Assembly: GCA_000708835.1 (NCBI GenBank)
Contig: DF237102.1
Coordinates: 1-64,000, forward strand
Direction of reading: 5' to 3'
Origin: Klebsormidium nitens
Taxonomy: Eukaryota > Plantae > Klebsormidiophyceae
DNA: 64,000 nucleotides
Position numbers and translations under genes: made by a program. This document shows, piece by piece, positions 1 through 9,170 of this stretch; positions within the stretch are counted from its first letter, which is position 1; the number at the start of each line of letters is the position of its first letter. Under the pieces are notes generated by a model. The model saw only the letters and a list, made by a program, of their open reading frames with translations, was not told where the DNA came from and did no database searches.

Positions 1-34
1 CGTTCTCTGGTCGTATTGTCCGCTTTATAGCTGA

Positions 35-523
35 GGCTTTAGGGCAGACGTCACAGTTGTGCGCTTGAAGGACACCAAAACGGCCGAGGCACGTGACATC
101 ATGTCTGGTTCGGGGAACTATCTCTTGGAGATTGCACAAGACCAATTTCGACTGGTGTTAAAAGATTACAAAACCGTCAAACATCACGGACCCACTTCAA
201 TAGACATGTCCACACGATGCAACAATGTCATCGCTGAAAGCCTTCAGGTATTCCCAAGAAAATTCCTTTTGTCTCAAATCAAGTCGCCTGACAAGCCCAT
301 GAGTCGAAGTTATCTGACAAAGGTTTGCAGCACGGGGCTTTTCAAGGACGCGAGTGTAGGTTCATGTCTCCTTCGCAAGATATGTGTGAGCAACCTCTTC
401 AAAGATGCTCCGAGCATTGCCGAGCGCGACAACCTCGCGCGGAGCATGTTGCACACCGCAGCTATGGCACAGCGGACGTACGAGAAGAAATTCAATCCTG
501 ATGGATCTCGCATTCAGTTCTGA
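35..523 (+). CDS. Tyrosine recombinase/integrase, C-terminal catalytic part (5' end outside window or frameshifted)
   Basis: Ordered motifs: FRAD (catalytic Arg, 41-43), GNYL, LVLKDYKTVKHHG (catalytic Lys region), CLLRK (HxxR equivalent), MLH, and RTY (Tyr nucleophile). In-frame TGA at 32-34. Confidence 0.8.
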   Translation, partial: GFRADVTVVRLKDTKTAEARDIMSGSGNYLLEIAQDQFRLVLKDYKTVKHHGPTSIDMSTRCNNVIAESLQVFPRKFLLSQIKSPDKPMSRSYLTKVCSTGLFKDASVGSCLLRKICVSNLFKDAPSIAERDNLARSMLHTAAMAQRTYEKKFNPDGSRIQF

Positions 524-546
524 TTGATCTTAGACCTTCTTGTTCT

Positions 547-900
547 CTAAGACACCTCGATGCTCGTGAATGCACCCAAAGGAAGGGTGGATGCTTTGAT
601 CTCTCTCTCCATGTCCAAAGAGCTAGTCATCTGGGGCACCTCAAATCCGGCATCGATCAGACGTCGCGCTGTGGATTTGTGGAGCTTTTTTGTTCGGCCA
701 TTTATGAATCTTTGATATGCCTTTCGTAACAAGATATCGTCATGATGTCTCTGATAGTATGCCCTCATAATTGCGTTGTGCTTTTCTGGGTGAATCTTGG
801 CATGTTCTCTGTGTTTTTGACACGCTCGACACGGACATGGGACGTGCAATTGTGTCTTATCAGAGGCATCAAAGAAGCTTTTATTCATGTGGTGGACCAT
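547..900 (-). CDS. Small basic virus-type hypothetical protein (CxCxxC motif, YY-containing helix)
   Basis: 117-aa intronless ORF filling the space between recombinase and primase; contains CPCRAC and IMRAYYQRHHDDILLRK. Confidence 0.5.
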   Translation of the reverse strand: MVHHMNKSFFDASDKTQLHVPCPCRACQKHREHAKIHPEKHNAIMRAYYQRHHDDILLRKAYQRFINGRTKKLHKSTARRLIDAGFEVPQMTSSLDMEREIKASTLPLGAFTSIEVS

Positions 901-1012
901 TTTGAGCCCTGTTGATGTGTGAGATTATATTTGCAATGCTCCAACCGCAGCCCGATTTAGGTGCGTTCCTCTGACGTGCTTTTATTTCCTTGTGTGACAC
1001 AAGGACCTTGGC

Positions 1013-3927
1013 ATGTCTGCATCTGTGAGTGGCGCTCAACAAGCTGGCGGCTCTCAGGCCTCGGCCCAAGGACCTCTCAAAGCCCTGGGACCCCATGTTG
1101 ATGAGAGACTCGTGCTCGTCACCCAAGATGGCCGACTTCATGTGCCTGCAGAGGATGCTCCATTCCAGTCTCGTAACAAGCAAAAGTATCGGTTGGTGGA
1201 TGCGATGCGAGCTCTGTACAAGCAGGGCATGTACACGGTCCCTCTACGGCTTCGAATGTCAAAGGGTAAAAAGGAAGCGAGCTTCAGCGGTGGTGCATAT
1301 ACACCCTTGATGGAGTCGTTGGATGGTTGGAAAGATAAAATCAATGAATATATCGATCAAGCTTCAACAAACGTCAACGCCTTAGCTGTGTTGTGTGGCA
1401 TATCAGATATATATGTGGTTGATGTTGACTCGACGGGATCTCCTTCCAAAGGAAAGAACCAGGCTGGCAAGGAGGCCGGAACACAGCTCTGGGAGCGCTT
1501 GGTTGAGCAACATGGTGATATTGAAACGATGAAAGCTCGGACCGGATCAGGGGCCGGTTTGCACCTATTCTTTGGAGCAAGCAAAACCGTTGGCCTGTTG
1601 AGAAATGCCAACTTTTCAACGGTTGCATACAACGAGAAGAAATGGGCCATCGATGGACGTGGAGAAGACGGTATTGTCTTCGTTTCTCCCTCGACTTACT
1701 ACTATGATGAAAAAGGCACCAAGTATGGGTACCGTTGGCTCAATTGCGATAAATCAGCACCTCGCATTGGGATGCCAAACTGGCTGACGGAGTTTTTGAA
1801 CGAGTGCGCATTTAAAGAAGAGCCTCGGACCACATCACATCCCGAAAATACCCCACCTGTGCCTAGCATTGCAGCAAGTGCGCCTTCTACCACTGCAGGG
1901 GTCTAAATTCCGAGTCCGGATTGCCTGGATTGAACGCCGCGCTCAACAAAATCACAGAGCTACTCCAAGCCAAAGTGCCAGGGGACCAAAGTCGATTTAG
2001 GGGAGTCGGGAAAAGACTCTCAACGGGTTGGCAAATTCTCAAGTTCAAGACCGTCGGCACTAGAACGTGCTTGAATGGCTGCGAACATGACTCCAATCAA
2101 TTCAGCATCCTGAGCAACGGGGCCGTTTTAGTGTACCGATGTCTGAGCCCTGGATGCGATACACGGCCAAAGCCATTGTTGGGCATACACTTTTGGCCCG
2201 AGTGCCTGCCGCTGAGAGTGGAAGGGGAGCTCTTCAGGATTTGCGAAAGCTACGTGCTCCCATTTGATTCGCCCATAACTGAAAGCGAAGAGAAAAAGAG
2301 GAAAACGGGAGATGACGAACGAACAAAAGGAGCTAAAGTGGACTTGCACAATCTCGTCATACTCATCATGAACCATTACTTTGCCGTCGTCCGCTCGACA
2401 AAGGCGGTTTACCTAGAGACAATCTACTCGAGAGACGCGAATGGGCAGCTTGAGCCTGAGGAGACCATTCACCGGTCCGGCCGCGACTTTTTGGAGGTCT
2501 GCAGAAACTTCCATCTCGAGAGCCTACCTGGAAAGAACAAGGAGGTTGCCAAGTTCTGGGAGAGCAACCCTAAGCGTCCAAGGAGTATGATCAGATCGTG
2601 TTCGAGCCGGATCCATCAAAGGGATCCCCACGACATTTCAATCTGTTTTCCGGGCTGAGATTTAAACCGCTCGAACACAAGTTGACGGAGGCGGAGTTCG
2701 TGGAGTGCGAGGTACAGATGCCAAAGCTGGGCTTATGTGGCACCTTCGCAACATCGTGTGCGATGGCTCGATCGAACGATTCACGTATAACATCTGTTGG
2801 ATGGCGCACGCCGTGCAGAAGCCTTGGAGGAAGATTGGAGTGGCTCTCGTATTCCGAAGTGGGCAAGGGTGCGGAAAGTCTGTAGTGTGGGACTTCATTG
2901 GACGCGAGATTCTGGGTGCCAAGTACTATCTTTATTGCAACAACATCGAAACGGTCATTGGAAAATTCAATTCATTGGGAGCCAACAAGCTCCTCATTAC
3001 ATTTGACGAGGCAGGAAACTGGGGAGGGGCGTTCCGGATGAATGATCGGATGAAGTCGCTAATCACTCAGGAGACGACGTGCTTGGAGCGTAAAGGCCAA
3101 GACCCGATCAGCGTGCAGGACAAAAGCAACATTGTTTCACTACAAACAACTACTGGCCAGTGAAACGAGAGGCCGACGACCGGCGATACTCTTGCCAGCA
3201 GGTATCAGATGCCAAAATGGACGACAAAGAGTACTTTGATGCACTTGTGGAAGAGTTGGAAAGCCCCATGACCGCATATCACATGTATCGGTATCTCTCA
3301 TCCATTGACATTTCCGATTGGAATCCTCAAAAGATGCCAATCACAACCTGGGGAGAGGGCCTAAAAGAACACTCTATTCCACCTCAGGTCAATATGATGC
3401 AAGCGCTGCTCGAGAACGGATGCTTTCACCCTTGTTTGGAGACGTGGGTAGCATCAACGGATATCAAACGTACATATGACACATTCCTGCATCAGATGGA
3501 CATCAAAGAGGATCGCCATACCGATGTCAACCTCTTGATGCGCTCTCTCAATGCCGTTTTCAATATGAGGCCGCAGGCACGCTCCATTCAGGGAGTTCGA
3601 ACCCATAAGGGATGGTGGTTTGCCCCACAGGGCGCTATCTGCAAGGCTCTCCATAAAGGCAAGCTGCTGAGCTCGACCGTGGAGTGGGTTGATACATGGC
3701 AACGACTCGACTACGTCGAAGATAAAGAAGGGCCATGGATGACGGAGTCGACAGCCCTGCAGAAGCTGATTGATGCTTCGGGAGGGTCGCGACAATCGGT
3801 TGCAGATCAAAAGTGCTCGTTCTGCTCCAACCGTCATGTGTGGGAGGTGAGACGAGGCGAGAACGGAGAAGTGTTGACTCGGCCTAGACCGGATAATGAC
3901 TTCTCAAAGTGCTTGAGTACCAGATAG
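1013..3927 (+). pseudogene. Bifunctional DNA primase/polymerase (Prim-Pol) + Zn finger + SF3/D5-like helicase fusion, ~972 aa after repairing four 1-bp deletions (~1900, ~2580, ~2730, ~3138)
   Basis: Prim-Pol motifs IYVVDVD, RTGSGAGLHLFF and IDGRG; Zn-finger CxxxCxHxSN...CxxxxC; VFEP..FNLFSG; Walker A GQGCGKS; Walker B LITFDEA; motif C NIVFTTNN (restored by adding one T); DDRRY Arg finger. The four pieces join by consistent -1 shifts, and 2915+4 nt is divisible by 3. Confidence 0.85.
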
Positions 3928-4530
3928 CTTATTACCCTCTCATTACCCTTATTACAACAACAAAACACACATGTCAGTACCCATGAATGAAGCCTTAAAC
4001 TAGACGTTCCATTACCCTATTACCCTATTACCCATTGCTTTTAGAAATATGGAACCTCTTGGAGCCTCCATCACCACACGACAGATGTACAAACAGAACT
4101 TGAGGCGGTGGGTAATGAGTAATAGGGTAATAGAGGAGAACTTCAACTGCGGCCTTATGTTGAATCTACCAACGGCTCTAACTATCATGTGTGGGTGTGA
4201 AAAAGAGGGATTGGAAGGAGCATGTAGTATCTTGAGAATCAAAAGAACAAATTTCCGAAGTGTGGGAGTACAAAACAGCTTATTACCCTCTCATTACTCT
4301 CATTATAGCACACACACACACATGACGGTACCCATGAATGAAGCCTTAGACCACACATCCTATTACTCTATTACCCTATTACCCATTGCTTTTGCAAGTA
4401 TGGAACCTTGCCAACGCACATGACAGATGTAAAAACATAAAAAGGATTTGAGGCAGCGGGTAACGAGTAATAGAGTAATACAGAACAACCTCAACTTCGC
4501 CCCCTCTTGATCGAGTCTCTCAAAGGATTG
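3926..4530. repeat. Two diverged ~250-bp units (period 351 bp), each with TATTACCC-type 8-mer iterons in inverted orientation; candidate replication origin
   Basis: AGCTTATTACCCTCTCATTAC starts at 3926 and 4277. Direct iterons at 4010-4033 and 4361-4384; inverted iterons GGGTAATGAGTAATAGGGTAATAG at 4110-4133 and a variant at 4458-4480. Confidence 0.85.
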
Positions 4531-4541
4531 CTAGCTTTGCT

Positions 4542-7500
4542 TCAATAGACTGCGTACTTTGACCGCTCAAACAACGTATCAAGGATAGTGGTGACACGGC
4601 TCATCAACCTCCTGATGCTCGTGATCTGCTGAAGGCTAGCTGCGCATCTTTTCAACCCAGAATTCACCCCTTCTGAGGCCGTCGTAATCGTCTGGCGGTG
4701 TTGCGCAAAGGAGTCGATGAACAGCGTCGACGAGCACGTGTGCGTCGCGTAGCGCTTCGCGCCAGACGGTGCGCAGCTGACGGGCCCCGAGTGGAAGCGA
4801 TCGACAACAAAGACCATGAACTTGGCTAGCTGCGGCACCCGATTGAGGAACCACTCATGCGCGTTGCAAGCAGCGTCCTCCACGATCGTGAGTCCCCGCA
4901 GCGACTTGAACGGGAACCGTGTGAGCAGCACAGTGCCGAGGTCCGACACAGACTCGCCCCCCTTCAGCCAGTGGTACCCGAGAGGTGCCCGATCTTGGCA
5001 GCATGCAATAAACATGCCGGCGCGCCCTTTAGAGGATCGAGGGTTTGGGGCGCTGCAGTGCTGGGTGAGCCGCTCCTCCGTCGACCGTCTGCCGCGGCCC
5101 TCCCCATCTTCCCAATCAACGAACCGAGGCCGGCCATACAGCAGGGGGTGGAAGGAATAGGTCGAAACAGCGCTGACCCGCTCCGCGTAAGTCGTCGACG
5201 GCGCTCGAAGGAAGCCGCCCTCTTCGTAGCACTGGGGCTCCCGAACCTCCAACTCGAAGAGGAAGGAGTTGGCAGCCCCCTTCAATGCTGCTCCCCGTCG
5301 CTCGGCATACTCCATAGCCGCCCCTTCTAGCTGACCCGCAAGCCTCAGCTTCTCGCATTCGATTGCCCAGAGGTGCTCGGTTGCATCATGGAGGGCGGCT
5401 AGAGGCGATCGCGACAAGGGGCCCGCCGGCCGGTTTGCGCTCGGCTCGAAGCAGAGGAGGTTCGTGGCGTAGATGTCCCGAACGAGCGGCCGCAACGTTG
5501 CTCGAAAGGTGTACTGTCCGCAGGCAATTGGATGGAGGCGAAGAACGGCCGCCAGCATGGGGCCGTCATTGGAGAGGTACACCAGCCCTCGCGCGTCGAG
5601 AGGGCCCTCGAGGAGCAAGTGCCTCAGCAGCTTCAGGGTGACGATACGCCCAAACACCCAGGAGTAGCGAGGGATGAGCAGCGCGTGCAGAAGGGCCCCG
5701 TACGGTTGGAAGTGAGTCGGGCACCAACCGGTCGGCGCCACGGGTCCGTCCTTGAGGAAGCCTTGCATCCAGGGCCGTCTCGGGACCCTCTGGCAGACGG
5801 CACACGTGGCGGGGTCCGCACAAGCCCCGGACTCGGTCACGAGGTCGACCAGAGCGGCAACGTTTGCCGGAAGCCCCTCCCGCATGGCAACAAACTCCTC
5901 CGGCTTGAGGGGCGCGTTGCTTCCTTGGGCCGAAGCCTTTCGAAAGTTGCACCACCTCTGTGCCAGAGCACGCACGGCCGGCCGCAACTCCGAGAGCCCG
6001 TTTCGATACTTCCAAGGGCAGTCGACCCCTGCCAACGGCACATTGGACGGGCGCACTCCGCCAACACTCAGAGGAGTGAAACCCCCAGCGACCCTCGGCG
6101 CCTCGGGGTCCGGCTCGCAGATGCTGTGCAAGGACGCCTCGGTGCCCGAATCGCGCATCGTGCTCGAGTTGGCAAAGAAGGTTCCGTCAAAGGTGATGAC
6201 CTTGTCACGCCCGAAAGCGTATGTTGCTAACTCCGAGGTCAACCCCTCCGTTCGCTCCGGCTTCAGGGGGTCAGTGCCGGTCGCACGCGCCTCCGCCTCG
6301 GCCGCCTCCACCTCGCTCGTGTAGAGGTGCGCGCAATCGGAGCGCGAGCACACGTGCTGGATCCTCGAGCGTGCTGCCAGGTCGTTGAAGGCTTGCATGG
6401 CGGCGTCAAACACCCGATCGTCCAGCCTAGGGGCGTCGGGCCCTTCAAGACATCTTGAGGCCATGTCGCCCGCCTCGAAGTTGAGGCTGTGGGCTGCCCC
6501 CAGGGCTGCGGCAAAGTGGTTGTGGAGCAGAAGGCCGTGGGAGAAGAGATTATTGCCGGAAAAGTTGAAGATGCCGTCCTCCTGTAAGCAAGTAGCAATT
6601 GAGAAGGTTAATCAATGTTGCATTTGAGTTGGCCCTCCCTCATTTTAAAGGCTATTGCAAAAGGTGATTATCGGCATGAACGCAAACGCGCAATTTGGGT
6701 TGGTGCTAAGCATCATTGGTGAAAATGGAAAGCTCGATCTTGAAGACCTCTCATATGGTGCACGTACGTGCAAGGATGCACACGCTTATGTCGGTTCAAA
6801 AGTGCACCACTATCCACAATCAACAAAGATGCCTTTGCAAGGCCCGCATCCTTGCATCAAAGTGTACCCAATGCAAGAATGTACGTTATGTAATCAGACC
6901 GATCTGTGCTTTCGATGGCCATTCTCTCCTTATTATGAAGCAGCGATTTGTGAGGATTGTATTGGAAGGCGGTATGATGTATTGGGTTGTTTGACCACAA
7001 TGGATGCTCGGCGCAAGTACCGGATCCGTGATCTCTCCGGCCTGCCATGGGTGCCGGATCCAAGACCGTCATACCAAGCACGATACTATCTCAAATGGAA
7101 CGTAATTCTGAGAGCGCTTCAGGAGAATAACGGGCCACAAGGTTTTAAAGAGGCCCGTGAAGCTAGAAGTAGAAGAGCGATGGCCCGATTGAAGAAGACA
7201 GAAAATTGCGAATGCAAATGATTTTTGGATGTTGATACCCACCTGACCGTCGTACATTACCGAGCAGCAAGCGGCCTCCCGTCCTGGGGCGATGCGGCAC
7301 ACCCTCCGATAGGTAGTGACCTCGTAGCGCGCCCCCGCCGTCGTGAGTGCCCCCCTCCTGGTCTCCACCTGCCATGGTCGGCCGCACGGCGAGAGCACCT
7401 CGGCGGGTCTTGGAGCGCAAAAATGCTTTGCCTTGTCCCGCCGCCGCACGCCCTCCTCGCCCCACCGATCGCAAAGGCTCACGACACACGCACCACCTCG

Positions 7501-9035
7501 GCTCATGATCGTGTTGACCTTCTTGTGGCTGTGCCCTGTGTCGAGCGCCGCTGCCGGGAGACACTCCCAAGGCTCGAGGGTCTCTCGATGGGTGCACGCC
7601 ACTTTCGAGTCCGGCCGACGGCAAACGGGGTCGTTGCACACCCAGAGCCTCCTTGCCCCCGCTTCACGCTGCGCAACCCTCTCGGCGCGTCTCTCAGCAA
7701 GGACCCGATTTGCCTCGCTCCTACCTCCATCAATTGCGCGCTCGATCAAGGGTAAGGGTTGCTTCGAGAGCACACTCAAGAGGTGCCGGCACCGCTCCGC
7801 CGCCGCGCAGTGGACATTGCTGCAGTGCGCTGTCTCTCCTCCAAGCACGCAAACCACGGGCTCCTCTTCAAGATCGCTCACGACAAATATTCGAAGCTGT
7901 GGCCCGCCCTTCCACGCCTCTGCATCTACCCCACGGAGGGCGCCCCCCACGCACCCTCCTTGGTCCAACGGCAACACCCAAGGCACGCCGTCAGTGACCT
8001 CCCGCGCGAACGGACGGCTGTCGNNNNNNNNNNNNNNNNNNNNAGGAACGCCATGTCGTGGTCACGGCACGCCCTCTGACCACAGAGGCACCGGAAGCTG
8101 CCCGTGTGGTCGACCTTGACGAGCCGGGGGACGTTACTGAGCCCTCGATTTGTGGCAGAAATATCCAGAAGGCGCCCACTGGAGGCGTCGAGCAGGGGCA
8201 CGAGGAAGAGGCCGGGGGCAACGGCAATCGAAGGAATCTTGCTCCGGGTAAGCTCCGAGAGGAGGGCAACCGAGCCGAGCTCTCGTGGGCTCGGCCCCTC
8301 TTCAAGCGCCCTCTTCACCCCCCGCTTCAATGGAGCAACCGTTCTAGATTCGCGGCAGTATGGGCAGGCGGCAAGGTCCCTCCTCTGGACAAAAAACTGG
8401 TAGCCGCCCTCGCTTCCCACCTCCCCTAGCCGTACCTCTCGAAGCTCTTTCGTCTTGGGGAACACTTCGTACTTGGTGAACAGCTCTTGCTGGGGGACAG
8501 GGTCCCCGGTCGTGCTTGAAACAAAGGGGCGCCCAGCTTCATACTCGGCCTCCACGCACCGCGAGCACAGGAGGTGGCCCCCTCCACCTCGGCAGATCAG
8601 TGCCCCACCCCGGTTCCGTTTCCGCTCCCATATGAAGGGCTCGCTCCCCCGGGCGTAGACCGCCCCCTTTCCGCCACAGGTGCGCCCGATGCACGTCGAG
8701 CCGAATCCGCCTCGAGCAAAAGCTCCAGCAGGCCGCAGGCTGAAGGCGAGCCCGTAGTCGAACATAAAGTCGGCGCCCCCCTGCTTGGCCGCGTAGGAGG
8801 GGCGGCCTCCTCGCACGCCTCCAGCATTTGGCAGGGGCGGGACGGCAGCCGGGACGCTCTTGATGTCGCTGAAGAGGGGGGATGGGCCTTGGAAGTGGAC
8901 TGCCGCACAACTCCTGACGGCTTGACCGGCCTTCAGGTTCTCGTGCAGGCTCGCCGAGGCCGCTGGAGTGGTCGAGGCAATGAGCACGACGCCGGAGGGT
9001 CGTTTTTCGTCACGGGACGCCGTCGCGAGATTCAT
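4542..9035 (-). CDS. KDZ (Kyakuja-Dileera-Zisupton) transposase with N-terminal CxC/SWIM-like Zn fingers; exons ~9035-7243 (across a 20-N gap) and 6581-4542
   Basis: Splicing CAG|GTGGGT (7243/7242) to CTTACAG|GAG (6582/6581) gives the in-frame KDZ motif YDGQ-EDGIFNFS..LFSH. The core has GGES, EDAAC, VDRFH, HTCS and SEGVNS. Upstream Cys/His clusters: CPYC, CLCGQRAC..H, CSNVHC...CRH. The start codon is uncertain. Confidence 0.85.
6676..7221 (+). CDS. XPA/Rad14-like C4 Zn-finger DNA-binding protein nested antisense in the transposase intron
   Basis: C-x2-C-x19-C-x2-C, then LTTMDARRKYRIRDL, YYLKWNVILRAL..NG and EAREAR..R. This is the same order and pattern as the XPA minimal DNA-binding domain (ITKTEAKQEYLLKD / LYLKLQIVKRSLEVWG / EAKEVR). 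Alternative ATGs at 6829 and 6871. Confidence 0.7.
   Translation: MNANAQFGLVLSIIGENGKLDLEDLSYGARTCKDAHAYVGSKVHHYPQSTKMPLQGPHPCIKVYPMQECTLCNQTDLCFRWPFSPYYEAAICEDCIGRRYDVLGCLTTMDARRKYRIRDLSGLPWVPDPRPSYQARYYLKWNVILRALQENNGPQGFKEAREARSRRAMARLKKTENCECK
8024..8043. other. Assembly gap (20 N) inside the KDZ transposase
   Basis: Run of N; the reading frame changes across it, so the gap length is probably nominal. Confidence 0.99.
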
Positions 9036-9170
9036 CCTGGGACAAGAGAAAAAGCTGAGAGTTTGAGCGAGTTTTGATGGCCCTAAGTCTCTGCGGCACG
9101 CCCGAAATCCGCTCATTATGCCAAACACAAAGTTGCACGTCATGTTGTGGCTCGGTGGCCGCCCTGATGC

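Larger units (their letters stand above)
1..4530 (+). mobile_element. Endogenous virus-like (Polinton-like virus/NCLDV-type) integration-replication module: tyrosine recombinase + small ORF + Prim-Pol/helicase + iteron repeats; truncated by window start
   Basis: Three tightly packed intronless ORFs with recombinase and primase-helicase motifs, in a genome whose host genes are intron-rich. No capsid gene is visible in the window. Confidence 0.75.

Noticed and set aside
1890-3150. Programmed ribosomal frameshifting or introns explaining the helicase breaks
   Set aside because: There are no slippery heptamers, the pieces abut with no intervening sequence, and four sequential recoding events are implausible.
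4636-8910. Long overlapping ORFs antisense or out of frame to the KDZ transposase (e.g. 5532-6230, 7343-8119)
   Set aside because: They are GC-rich shadow frames rich in Arg/Pro/Ala with no motifs.
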